Of a stretch of 64,000 nucleotides of DNA, positions 41,001 to 54,089 are shown piece by piece (within the stretch, counting starts at the first letter, position 1; each line of letters begins with the position of its first letter). A program made the translations under genes and the position numbers. The DNA is from Azolla caroliniana (lineage: Eukaryota; Plantae; Polypodiophyta), in assembly GCA_043228905.1 (NCBI GenBank), contig JBHGNT010000004.1:25606001-25670000 (forward strand), read 5' to 3'. Below the pieces are notes generated by a model, which saw only the letters and a program-made list of their open reading frames with translations, was not told where the DNA came from and did no database searches.

Positions 41001-43381
41001 TCTATTACAATATTAGGGACAAAATAAATCTCTTCAATCCATGACTGGACCGCAGAGTGTCAGGGAACCTCAGACACACATCCCATAGAAGTACATGCAA
41101 ATACACATACACACAACAGATACATACATAGACACGTATGCATGTGTCTTTGTGTCTATATAAGTACATACATGCAATAATTTGTTTGCAGTACATAGCC
41201 TGTTTTGTCAACATGAAATTCTTGTGTTTGACAACATAAAGCTTCATGATATTTGTAAATTTTAATACCTGTCTATAGTATGCGGAACTCCAATATGTTA
41301 ACATCCTATATGTTTAATTTCTACATAGTCGCTCACCACCACGTCGACGGAGGAATTACAGCAGGTCACCTTCACGGGAGGCAAAATGGAGAACAGAACA
41401 AGATAGGAGGAATGATCATGATCCTTATGGAAGGGGAAGGAGAGATGGAAGACAAAGTGGCCATAATGTTTCCTTTAATTATGCAAGGGGTTGGAACGCT
41501 AGAAGATTCTCTCATCAAGACAGGGAGACAGTCAAAGAACAAGCTATGCCTTATGTAAAGGATGATGAAGAGCGTTCCCTCAGAAATGATGATGTTGGCC
41601 ACGAACCATATGGTCTGAACCAGCAACAATTGCCACACTTTAGTGCAGATTACCAAGTAGATTCAATCATTTCGAATAAAGGAGATCGAGGCTCAGGATC
41701 ACATGACAGAGAAAGAAATCCCCATTTGAAGTTACACCATAATGACATAAGGAATCAGCCCACTGAAAAAGCATCTAACATTCTCAAGAATTTGAGTGCA
41801 ACACCCAATGTCTCAGACCATGAGGTGGTTGAAGGTATGAATTTTAAAGCTATTGGAATACCTGATGAAACTGGTGGAAAAACTATGGATGTGGAGGGGA
41901 GGGATTTAAATGTAGAAGTGACTACTGTCCCGGAACTTAGTTTGGAATCAAAGTTTTCTGAGAGAAATGACCAGGATGGCCAACTTAAAAGTCACATAAA
42001 AGTAAATGAAGTCATTAGGTCTCCTATTGCTGGTTCACAGGGAAGTTTATCTGGTCATCAACACATTCAGAATGAGCAAATGCATAAGACAACACTTTCT
42101 TATCAGCACCAACATGCAATGAGGCCAGGGAACATGCCCTTGAACCAAGTTTCCCCTCTTACACCCCCCAATATCAATGCCTTCACAAACTCAAGCAATT
42201 TCTCTACTGGAATATTTAATCCACCACAATTATTAACAAGCCAAGAACATCGTTTTATGGATATGAATGCAGTGCCTTCTCGATCAGTTTCTGGGAACCA
42301 TACAAATTTTACCAGCACCCCTATGCATAGGCCATTATATCCCTCTCACCCACCACCTCATGGGACCTCATCCTATTTATCATCTATCTTATCTCAACCT
42401 GGTTTTACACAAGGTATACATCAGCAATCTGCATTACCCAACCTCGACATGCAAAACTTTGCTTTACATTATCCGGAGAAAAATTCAGAGTCAGGCCAAC
42501 ATGGATTCACAGTTGATGTTTCCTTACCGAGAGAGGATTCAAATCACCGTCCCTTTGCAAGTGATACATCGAAGCAATTTATATCTCCAAATTCAGGGAA
42601 GAGTTCTCAACATACATTTTCAAGGCCTTCAATCATGCCATTGAGCTCTGGCTCTTATAGCTCCGTGACAGTAGAACAGTCTTCTGCATATTCATACTCT
42701 CTTACAACGATACCACCCCTCAACCTCCCGAGTGGACTGGAAATGTCTACATTGCATGAACCACATGATTCTTCATCTGATGCCCTTGCTCCGGGGACAT
42801 CTTGTTCTATGAAAGAAAACTCAAACAAGAATCCCACACTTAGTGTAGTGGTGCTGGAAAATGCTAGTCCAGCTATGAATTCAGAGAAGTCCAACCAATT
42901 TACCAAGAAGTTAGCAGCAGAAAACACACCTCATGATGTTGGCATAGTAGAGAATGTTAGTCCTCCTGCAGGAGATTGGAGTCCAGGAGGAGGGGCAGAA
43001 GCTGGAAATGACGAGGCAAAGCCTCAAAGTAAGAAGAGCATCCGTGGGCTAAAATTGCTTCGGAGTGCAGTTGCTGATCAAGTGAAACTATTGCTCAAAC
43101 CAACATGGAGAGAAGGACACATGAGCAAAGATGCCTATAAAACCATTGTCAAGAAGGCAGTGGAGAAAGTTACAGGGAATATGCCAAGCCATCACATTCC
43201 AAAATCACAGGAAAAAATCGATCAGTTTATGTCGGTCTCTAATCCGAAGATTTCCAAGCTAGTAAAGGTTGTATTTTTACCCTGGTGACTAATTTTGGAA
43301 TTTTTGGAAGAACACATTTTCATCTGATCGATTCCTTGCTGCTTTTAACAGGGTTATGTTGACAAATATCTCAAGCTATAA
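37939..43381 (+). CDS. SURP(SWAP)-domain, RS-rich protein with C-terminal SRI-like domain (related to plant CCCH-type/FES1-like proteins)
   Basis: Exons 37939-39187, 39742-40810, 41329-43267 and 43352-43381, with GT-AG boundaries and consistent phases. Pro-rich N-terminus, SURP motif IDVLAAFVAKNGPRFE...FAFLF...HEYYKW, DKFGRVIRKG, RS repeats, and C-terminal VKLLLKPTWREGHMSKDAYKTIVKKAVEKV...KISKLVKGYVDKY. Confidence 0.88.
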
Positions 43382-46300
43382 TTGATTCTTCAGGTTACGC
43401 AAAGACTTTAACGTATCACTTATGTGATGGCTACGTATCCAAGAATGTCTTGATATGGGACTCACTTCAACAGCAAGTAATTTCATGCTCTATCAGGCTG
43501 TTGAGGGGTGGCAGCTCTTTTATGCACTTCATTCCGACTGTCTTCCATAGACAAATCAAGAATCTCAGCCAATACATAACAAGAAGAAATTTCATCCTTG
43601 AGTATATTCTGTTCCATGCTGAATGACATTTTCTCTTTACATCGGCACATCTGGCATGGTTTCATATAATTTAAATAAGTGTAGTCAACAGGAGGTCCAA
43701 GAATCTTGGCCATATTTTCTTGGGTTAATTTTTTCTACAAGATTGGCGGATCCATAGTGTTTAAGATTAGCAGATCCATAGTGTTCTCTATAACAGATGT
43801 ATGAATTCGTCACGATGTGAGTCTGCAACAAGAAATTTATTCATGTAATGCATATTTTCAAGGTACGTCCCAGATCAATACCCTAGTTTCATTCTGGGCC
43901 TAAATGTAACAATTTTGGTTTAGAGAGTTAGCATCTCACTGCTCCTCTAATCCATGTAAAAAGCAGCTTCTTTCTTTTTGCTAATGATAAAAGCTCCATT
44001 AAAAAATATATGCTGCTTCTTATACAGCTGAAACGATGTCTTATGTTTTGCCAGCATTCGAAATTATTGCATCTCAATAAAAACATTGAAGCTATTTGAT
44101 GCAAAATGCTTTCACACTCCTGGGAAACATGAATGTTTTATCATCTTTATGTGATTTTAAGCCATGAAATGCAATTATTTATCATTTATACGCCCAAAAA
44201 CTCCTGTAAATATTCAAAATGTTTATGCTATTTGCCACAGTTAATAAACAGACAGTCGTCTAATAGCAGTCTACATATAGTTTCTAGTGAAATCTCGTTT
44301 CTCATTCTGTTCTCTTCATTATAGTGGAAGTTTATCCCAATGTATGGAATTTGGATGCGTGGTTTGATAAGAATTGTGCTCCCTTTGTTTGAATGTGTCA
44401 ATGTAGCATCTGAATTATTCAACAATCCATATGGATGTAAAAGGGGCTATGTAATGCATAATATTATTCAGTGGTTACTTCAGCTACCACAGGTATCTTA
44501 GTTGTGAGTATGTCTGTGGGTTCCCTTGTCTGTTTACAGATGGAATAATTTTAGAACATTATTAGTTGAGCTGCTGCGTTGGACATGCATTATCTGATGG
44601 CCGAGATTGGTGTCTATGTACTTCCTCTTTCATCATTATGCTTCCACTCGTCTTTTTTTACTGCCGAGATTTGTAGACTGATTATTGTTGTTTATTATGT
44701 TTCTAAGATTTGAAATGTTTTCCCTGTTAGAAAGAGTTGATCAAATCAATCATGCAATTTAAGTTTACAGCAGCTGGGAGAAATTGATCTCAAGCATTAA
44801 TGGAGGTGGTTGCATAAATTTGGGTGCACTGCACTCATACTGATGCGGCATGACATTTTGATCTAGCTTTTTGACATTAGTGCACTTCTTCAATGGTCAC
44901 TGATTCTGCATACCTGAAAGTGGAGGGAGCATATGAACAACACCATACAACAATAGTTTTTTACCATTGTCTCCTTGGATGCATTTTGTTTTGATGGAAA
45001 CTGTGACTGATAACAATATTCATATTAGCTTAAATATCTTTATGCCTAATGGTGTGCAACTTTTGATCAAGAAGGTTTAGATGTAAATTTAAAAAATACA
45101 ATCTGCTAGTATTTGCAACCCACATGAAAGTAAAGAAAATATTTCATGCAGTAATTATCTTATGTTTTTTCCATTGTTATGATTCTCATTCGTGACAGTC
45201 AATATATATGAAATAAGCAAAAGAGAAGGGAGCACTTTCGACAGAAGTCAGTGTGAATGATTACGACAAGAAAAGAACACTGAGAGCCATTCAATGCTAG
45301 TGGGCAAGAAAAAGATCTTTTTAACGTCCAGAGAGACCAGTGTGATCTATGAGATGGGGCCTGGCCCATGGCAATGAGTGAATAGGTGGATTGAAGCATG
45401 GTGCGGAATTGTCGAGGGTGCTGGGAACTACTGATGGATACAAACAAATGTAATGAAAGAAGATTGGGTTTTTTTTGCCATTTACTACGAAGTTTAGATG
45501 AAATGGCATTGAAGGTTATCTGTCAAATGACCTTCCACAATCATGGCAAGGAACAGAAGAACTCCATTGGAAATTTATGTATCTTGGACGCTGGAGATAC
45601 TGAATTAAGTAGACTCTTAAGCAGGAAATGTTTTCTCAATGGTGTACCACTCAAACAACTTCCAGAAATCAGGTGTAATCATGATCAGAAAATATTTGAG
45701 GATGTGTGAGACCATGCAATCAATCATCTTCTGAAGGGCGATCAGAACAAGGAAAATTGAGAGGACAGAGAAGGAGCATGTGTAAGGGATGATTATAACG
45801 GTGATCGGATTGTGGCAGGACCAATGAGAAGTGCTAATATTTATCTTAGAGCCTAGAGAGTCTGTTATCATTGCAAGATTTTCTGTAACAGCCAGTCATT
45901 CCTTTTATTTTATATTTCATCTTCAATGAATGTAAATGTTATTCTACTCAAATACCTGATGTGAAGGCTCAAGCAATGGCAAATAAGATAGCAATTGACA
46001 TCAAAGAGATGCAGGAGTGACAAAAGAGATGCATTTTGTTTGGATTTTATTTCCCTCACAGTTGCACATTGGCTTTATGCTGAGCTCAGTAATTCTTTTT
46101 TCACGGTTATTTGGGTCATGTATATGGTTATTGGATATTAGCCACTGCAGGGTTGTCTATAGTGTTGAGATTCATTGCCTATGGGTCTCTTCTCATCGCT
46201 TCTCATTCTGGATTGCCGATATCGAGTATCTTTCTCAGGGAGGTGTTCACTTATCTTATGAGCGGTAATTTGTCACACCATGTGTTTATGACTACATATA

Positions 46301-46595
46301 TTTATGTTTATGCTTATCTTCCGGCACCTTGATGTCTGCCTGATAATGAGTTACCATGACAATGACATAGTTTAGACATGCTGTTTTCAGTCATGCAGCT
46401 TATATTCAAAATTTGGGCCACGGGTGCAGTTGCACAGCATGGCAACGACCATCTGGAGACAAATTTGGTGGAAAACCACATAGTAGAGCAAATGAAAATT
46501 ATTAAATTCCTGATTGAATTACTCATATCTAATTGATGTTTTACTCATATATTATTATTCGATTCGAAAATAACTGTGAAACGGCGAAGTAATGT

Positions 46596-46859
46596 AATAT
46601 AGTTAGCTCCTCATTAGCAAATACCATCCATCACATTTAAAATGTCATGAGAATGACCTCACTCATACTGACCCAGAAATCATCATGATTGGAATTAGTC
46701 ACCTCAATCATAGTCATCATCATAACACAATATAGTTAACTCTTCATTAGCAAATACCATCCATCACATTTAAATGTCATGAGAATGATCTCACTCATAT
46801 TGACCCAGCAATCGTCATGATTGGAATTAGTCACCTAGATCATAGTCATCATCATAACA
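46596..46859. repeat. 133-bp tandem duplication downstream of the dioxygenase gene
   Basis: AATATAGTTA.CTC.TCATTAGCAAATACC... starts at 46596 and 46729. Further degenerate repeats continue to about 47230. Confidence 0.88.
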
Positions 46860-47235
46860 ATCAGAGTCGCAATGAATATGAGCAATCAATCAAAGATCCA
46901 GTCTTAATGACTCTTTTTCTCTCTCTGTGGAAATGTTTATCAAAAAATAAATGATTTCTCAACAAAGGTAAGTTCAGCTTCAATCAGAGTCACCATGATC
47001 ACAATCACAATTATAAACATAAACCACAATCAGGTCGTAAGAAACATTTGATCCAATCACCATGAATATAAGCTACTAATCAAAGAGTCTCAATGAATCT
47101 CTTTCTCTGTCTCACTCTATGTGGAAATGTTTATCAACAGTTGTTTCAGCCTTGTTTCCAAATAAAGTTCTGGAGTATAATTGACGATGTCTCAACAAAG
47201 ATAGATTCAACAGTGTTGATCAGAGACCATGAACA

Positions 47236-50200
47236 CTAGGAAGATGAGTTTTTGAAGGATTCAACATACCCCTTTCCATCAAGACCCTTTTTGAAGAAGG
47301 ATGCCAGGAATTCACCAAATGTCATTGGTCTATACAAGGGTGGGTGATGTTCATCCAATAAAGCTGGGGCAGGTGAAATGACGGTGTCATCGGCGGGATT
47401 ACAAAATACTGCGATCGTCATGCGAGGCTCATGCTTGTTGACAATGGCACGATGCTCCACACTCTTATACTTTCCATTGCTTATGATCTTATACACAACA
47501 ATGAAATCACAAATACATATCTTGCATAAGAAAACCAGATACCCACACAAACATTCTCATTGCATCAGTTCATTTACATGATTATTCATTTCTTGAATTT
47601 AGACTAGAATTATTGAAACCATCGAAGGATGATTATACATGTGTAATGTACGAGACTAAATTTACATGTATACTGTCATGGATTAAGCATTACCATTGCA
47701 TACATGTCACATATCATGTTAGTATATATGGTGTATTCCCAACCAATGTTGTTACTTCACACACCATAAATGCCAACATTTTCCCTCGTGAACATTTCAT
47801 GTGAATTTTAATGTTAGCAATACTTATGTGTGAATCCTTGATGCACATAATGGGGTTTATAGGATTCAATTAAACGAAAGGTATGTGTACCTGTAGTTGA
47901 TCCCCAATGTTGACAGACAAAGCATTTGGGATGGACTTGACCAAAACCCAATTATCTCCTTTCTTCAACTCCAAACCAGGGACGTCGTCTTGTAATAAAA
48001 ATGTCAAACCTCCGGCATCCGAATGAGATCCCAAACCCAGGGTCAAATGAGGTTGAGGACAAGGTGGGTAGTAGTTTATCCTAAGAACATGGCTTGCACC
48101 TTTGCCAAAGGCTTTGTCAAGGTAAGATGGTTCCAATCCAAGATTGATCGATAACACCGACATCAAAACTCTATACAACTTATGAACCTCTCGACTATAT
48201 TCATCCATCACAGACCTGTTGAGAATCACACAAACTATAACAAGTTGTCATCACTCTATACAACTTATGAACCTCTCAATAATATTCATCTATCATAGAC
48301 ATGTCGAGAACCATGGAAACACGGAAAAGTGGTTGCTGTTAATACTTGTTAAACATTAGTTATGCAAATTTGGAACTTTCAATTTGGTAGCTTCAAGATT
48401 CTTCCACATGCAATAGGAACTGCAACTTATATGGATGACCTTGAAATACTTAGAATGCATAAAAGTATGTAATTCTTTCTATTTATTACATGCGTTGATC
48501 TTGTGGTATTCAATGATATGTTTGGTGTAGCCAAAGGCTTCGAAAATCCCATTCTTACTGATGTTGACATGTACAACTTTATCCCATGTGAATGTCTCTA
48601 TATAATATGAACCTGTGAGACTTCAAGTGAGATGTAGGATACAAAGGATACCCTCTAGGATAGAAGGATACCCATAAATGTTGATTATTTCCTATGGTTA
48701 AAAAGGCAATGTTTAATGATAGTCTTACCATCATCAATATGTCGTTAATTCTTTCTATGATCCACATGCTTTCCAATGATAGATCTTCTATGTTTGTCAA
48801 GAGGGTATCATAGGTGGTCTCGGGCATCTCCTATCCATGAGTTCTTTCGCTCTAAGACTTCCAAAAATGATACCTTTAGGTTAGCTCATTCGCCTCTCAT
48901 TTTACTCTATATTGGTTAAGTGTGTTGTGGCACTAGTGCCATGTGAGGGATGCAAGTGAAACCCAATGTTGTTCCAATGGGTATGAGATTATCTTATCTT
49001 TCAATATGGTTGATACGTGCCTCTAAAGTTTAATGAAATAGAATCACAATTACTTTTGGCGGATGAATTGCACGAGATAGATGGGCAATGGTCTGAACCA
49101 CTCCACAATGGTGAGATTATTATTAAAATGTACAATAATTACATTACCTTATTATTAAAACATACTGAACCATGGGAGAAATTGCAAGTAGCAACAAGGG
49201 GTAGTTTGTATGTTACCCTACCGTGTTGGGAGAGTATCCTTTGTATTTCACTTAAAATATACTTGGAAAGCCCTTAGGAATCATGAAGGGGGTTTAAGTA
49301 GTTGTGGGCATTTGAAAATGGGTTAGTGTAAAGTTTCATGTCACGACCCTAGCTGGACATATTCCCATGGAGGGTGATGTTTTGCCTTAGAATGCAAGTT
49401 GATCTCTCCATCTTTTAAATAACTATGCCCTTTCCTGATCCATCACATGTGATCACTTCTTCTGATCTAGTTATCACCATACTCCTTTGCTACCATATGC
49501 CTTTCGACACTTATCAATGCTCATCACCAATGCACAAGTTTTTCCACACCCCCATATCTAAGAGAGGAAACTCCAACATGGAAAAGGATTACCAATACAA
49601 TCAACATCGAAACTAATAATAGATCTAAGTGCATTCACATCAAACTACAAACACAGATTTGCACATTTTGGCAACGAGCTATAGCATCAATACATAAACA
49701 AACACAGATAGTTAAGTACATGAATACATTCACAATGCTTTACCATTGATTGGACAAAGTAAGACCTATCATGTCGACGTGACCATCAAGAGACCACAAA
49801 CCCACCAAAAATTTATAGGGACAAAGTCAAAGAAAGAAAGATAGCTCAAATGACACTGACCGATAAGATTGAGGTTTTTCGGGCCAAATCTCGTCCATGT
49901 CTCGGTCCTCCGGAGGCCAAACATAGTGAAGAAAGTAGTCACCCCAATCTAGGATACTATGTTTGGAGGTTCCCATGCGACTACCATATCCGGTGAGGGC
50001 ATGTGGGGAATTCGCGTACACTTGTTTGTCAACAAGGGGTAGATCGAAGAATTGGGCTGCCACGTGTCTCACACGTGCCAACAAGGACGGGGAGAGGGTG
50101 TGGTTGATGAGTTGGAAGAAGCCCCATTCCTCGCACGCAATGGCCACCTCATCCATCACGTGGCACTTCCTTAAAGACTCGATGTCTCCAAGGCCTAGGA

Positions 50201-50471
50201 AATCAATGATGGGTGGTGAGTCCATAAGTTTGTTAGCACTAGTAGGAGTACCAGTAAAGTTGGTCAATATGGTTGGTTCTTCTTCTTCCCCCTCATTGAG
50301 TTTTGAACCTAATTGTGTCGAAACAAGATGTGACATTGGTCTATCCTTGAATGGCCTTATGTAGACATTTGGGACCTCATGGATCTCGTGTTTCTCGACA
50401 AGCTCTTGAACGCTCTGCATTGGTTCATCCCACTCGAGGTCGGAATCAGAGGTCAAGGAGGTGGTTTCCAT
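47236..50471 (-). CDS. 2-oxoglutarate/Fe(II) dioxygenase (DOXC), jasmonate-induced oxygenase JOX/JAO-like
   Basis: Exons 50471-49861, 48215-47891 and 47487-47236. Encodes ACEEWGFFQLINH, GYGSRMG...ILDWGDYF, RINYYPPCPQPHLTLGLGSHSDAGGLT (HxD), NIGDQLQ|IISNGKYKSVEHRA (distal His) and RMTIA. Confidence 0.93.
48330..49600 (-). mobile_element. Decayed Ty1/Copia-like remnant in dioxygenase intron 1
   Basis: Minus strand at about 48490-48530 reads TKHIIEYHKINA, resembling the Copia RNase H 'TKHIxxxYH' motif. The rest is fragmentary. Confidence 0.45.
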
Positions 50472-50900
50472 AGAAGATTGGGATTAGGCCTCAAATTGAA
50501 GAATATAACAATATTGGGATCGATACAAGTATATATGGATGGGTCTTGTTAATGATGGATCAAAGATCGGGGTGATGGGTATTGGAAGTTAGCCATTGCT
50601 TAATGATGTTATTGATACCATAGCCAAAAATTCTTGATGATGATGACGATCCATGAGTCACAAAAGCCTTAAGTTTTTGGAAGTGTCACTATTGCTTATG
50701 TTAAGAACCCAACAACAAAGAATCAAATACAAAGCCAACTTTTTTTCTTCTTTTGTTTTGTTTTTTGATACCATCAAAAGAAAAAGGTGGTGGGTAGGTG
50801 TCACTTTAAAATCAAAGACCTATGTATCATCCATTTATTCTTTATTAGTGTTTTTTTTTTGCAATCTTAGATGCTCAATGCTTGCATCCGACATGGTTCC

Positions 50901-50902
<2 letters not shown>

Positions 50903-50936
<34 letters not shown>
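50903..50936. repeat. (TG)n microsatellite
   Basis: Direct reading. Confidence 0.95.
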
Positions 50937-50938
<2 letters not shown>

Positions 50939-51910
50939 CCTTCCAACGAACCCTTTATGTAGCCATTCGTTTATTGAAAGTCTTTAATCTTGGTCACATA
51001 TCATATTATCTCTATTGGTATACATTGTTCATTCCAATGTCATTGTGTTCATTCTATTGATGATTCCTTAAAGTTTGTCATTCTCCTGTAGACACTTTTT
51101 ATGCCCTATTCTCTATATTTCTAATCTTGATCACATCTTTGTATAACTTATAAGCATCATTCATGTATGTATGTGCATGTGTTTGTGTGTTCCTTCCAAC
51201 AATCCTTTATGTTTAACGTACAACTATTTAGTCACTTTTTATGCTTCATTTTTTTATGCCCTAATATTGACAATGGTGGTTAATCTTCATTGTGAGTTTT
51301 CACATAATTGTGTGGTGGAAATCAAGTGTTTCAAGGTTGGAACCTTGAAAGTCCTAGAGAGAGGGAAAAGAACATTTACGAGATGGAGTAGCCTACATGG
51401 AGAACATATATAGTTGAGATGATTGTGTCAAGTGGAGATCATGAGACTAAGTTCAATACACCAATGTTTTATGTATACACAATCATGAGTTCAATACACC
51501 ATTGTAGTATGTATACAAATCATGAGTTCAATACACCAATATAGTAGGTATGACCTAATAGCTTACAACAGGAAGTTGAATAAAATGAGAGACAGAGACA
51601 CACACTAGAAGGTCATGGGTTCAATCCCTACATTTCATAGTGGGATCTAGTAAATTAACAGGATATGAATGTAGGAAATAGAGAGGTGAGGAAATTGGGT
51701 CTCAAACCCAAGAGCAAAGGTTAGTAGTGTAACATACAACTAGGGTAAGATGATTACAATAAAAAACAGAGAGAGAGTCGATGTCAAACACACAACTTGG
51801 CTATGTTAACATTCTTTGGCTTTGTTGCCATTCTTTCTTGAAGTCAACATTAAACACATAACTACAATGTTGTAAGCAAAATATTTCCTATTCTACCATT
51901 ATCCTATATA

Positions 51911-52453
51911 TTCATAAGTTTTGTCTATAGAAAGAGGTAATGCTTTCACATTGTGTTTTAGCACATAAATTATTGTTATCGTAGGATTGCAGTGGGTGAG
52001 AAATTGTATCTTTTTAATTTGATAGAACTTCATATCTTTGTTTGAAATCATGTACCCTTTAAAAAGTGGTTTATGAGAAATATAAAACACGTTCATAAGT
52101 TTTGTCTATAGAAAGAGGTAATGCTTTCACATTGTGTTTTAGCACATAAATTATTGTTATCGTATGCTTGCAGTGGGTGAGAAATTGTATCTTTTTAATT
52201 TGATAGAACTTCATATCTTTGTTTGAAATCATGTACCCTTTAAAAAGTGGTTTATGAGAAATATAAAACACGTTCATAAGTTTTGTCTATAGAAAGAGGT
52301 AATGCTTTCACATTGTGTTTTAGCACATAAATTATTGTTATCGTATGCTTGCAGTGGGTGAGAAATTGTATCTTTTTAATTTGATAGAACTTCATATCTT
52401 TGTTTGAAATCATGTACCCTTTAAAAAGTGGTTTATGAGAAATATAAAACACG
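51911..52453. repeat. 181-bp tandem repeat, 3 almost identical copies
   Basis: The unit TTCATAAGTTTTGTCTATAG...ATAAAACACG starts at 51911, 52092 and 52273. Confidence 0.97.
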
Positions 52454-53738
52454 TGGAACCATGTTGCATGTCGAGAGGAAGCTACCCTTATGTGTACAAT
52501 TTATTATGACGGAAATCCTAATCATGATCCCATGAGATGCTTTCACGTCACTTTATGTCATTTTTCCAAACTGTGTCATCAGCATCGGGGGTATTTTGTG
52601 GGAATCATTCACACTTTGGAATTGAACAACATGGTGTATACCATGAGCATGATCATTTAATCAAAGGAATATTTGCTAATGATATGATTACATGATTATT
52701 TTTAAACTTGTAGGCTTCATGTTTCATCCCAGAACTCTTGCTCGGTAATTTAATCTATATTATGTATTTACATTGCAAAATTATTGAAACAATCAATGAA
52801 TCAAGTCTTGGTAATTTAATCTATGATCATCATCATCGACAATTTACTAGACATGTGCGTTTCTACAAAGAACCAGATCCGTATCCCCTAAGTGCTTGCT
52901 GGACAAGCAAATGTGAACACATCCTCCCCTCAAAGAACTCTTGAGTTGCACAACATTTGCAACCTTGTCTAAAATATGGTTGGTTGGTGAAGCCCCTCAT
53001 CACTTTAAGGAACTCATGGCTTGAGAACACGAACTTCATAAATTTGACATGCACTTGAACCACCAATGTGAGTATAAAATATCCACTTGAACAAAGACAT
53101 ATACGTCGATAAAAATGTTTGCTCTGTGAGGCAAAGCCCAAAGGGTTAACAAGAACTTTTGAATGAAATTCTCATCAATACTATCTGTTTATGGCTCAAC
53201 ACCTATTTGAACAATATTGAGGATTATCATTGATAGTATAGAAATAGTAACGGATTAGAGTGTCCTTACGTAGAGACGCTTAGTAAACTGAAATGGAAAA
53301 ATACATGCTAGTACAATAAGATATAATTACATTTATCTAAGGAATGGGAAAATACATACCAGTACAACAATATATCATAGATTTATTTGATGGGTCCGTT
53401 GGTCAAACGATCTAGAGAGCCACCTAAGAGGCAAGGTAAGTAACAAGGTATCTGGCACATAGGTATGAAATGCAAGGGAAAATGAGGAGGACATGGACAT
53501 GGTGATGAGGAGTGGAGGAGGCGGCGGAGTGAAGTTGTCCGGTATGAAACCAAGCGAGAGGCTTCCAGCGAGGTGTGAACATGAGGAAGGCTAAGAAAAA
53601 GGGACACTATATTATGTGTGTATATATCAGACATAATTAGATGTGGATGTAAATGCAAATATGTAGAGGGTTTTTATGAGATGGAAGTGATATAGGTTGT
53701 TAGGTTTTAGATCTCAATTGAGGATGTGGTGGTGGTTA

Positions 53739-54089
53739 CTAGTGCCTGAATGTTTTGTGATGCGGGGGAGGGTGGTGAACAGGAGGAGGAGGCGGAGGGT
53801 GGAAATGGACAACAGCAGGAGGAGGAGGAGGAGGAGGAGGAGGAGAATGGTGATGGGGATGGGGATGGTGATGGCGTGGGGGCGATGGCGGATGATGATG
53901 ATGATGATGATGGGGAGGTGGAGGTGGAGGTGGATGATGGGGAGGGGGAGGGGGATGGAGAGGGACATGTGGAGGCGATGGATGAAGAGAGGCTATTACA
54001 ACACGAGCAAGAGGAGCAGGAGGAGGAGGAGGAGGAGGAGGATGATGGTGATTGTGGTGGTGCTGCTGGTGATGACGATGGGAAGCCAT
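53739..54089 (-). CDS. Putative small Pro/His-rich protein (extensin/HRGP-like low complexity)
   Basis: 116-aa ORF MASHRHH...PPPP. It is a GC-rich island with TATA-like TATATATATAA about 100 bp upstream and a (CTT)n leader. The reading frame is ambiguous because an overlapping Ser/Pro/Cys-rich frame is also open. Confidence 0.45.
   Translation of the reverse strand: MASHRHHQQHHHNHHHPPPPPPPPAPLARVVIASLHPSPPHVPLHPPPPPHHPPPPPPPHHHHHHHPPSPPRHHHPHPHHHSPPPPPPPPPAVVHFHPPPPPPVHHPPPHHKTFRH

Noticed and set aside
51899-52452. Three near-identical short ORFs / CRISPR-like periodicity
   Set aside because: These are by-products of a 181-bp tandem repeat. There are no unique spacers or cas genes, and the context is eukaryotic.
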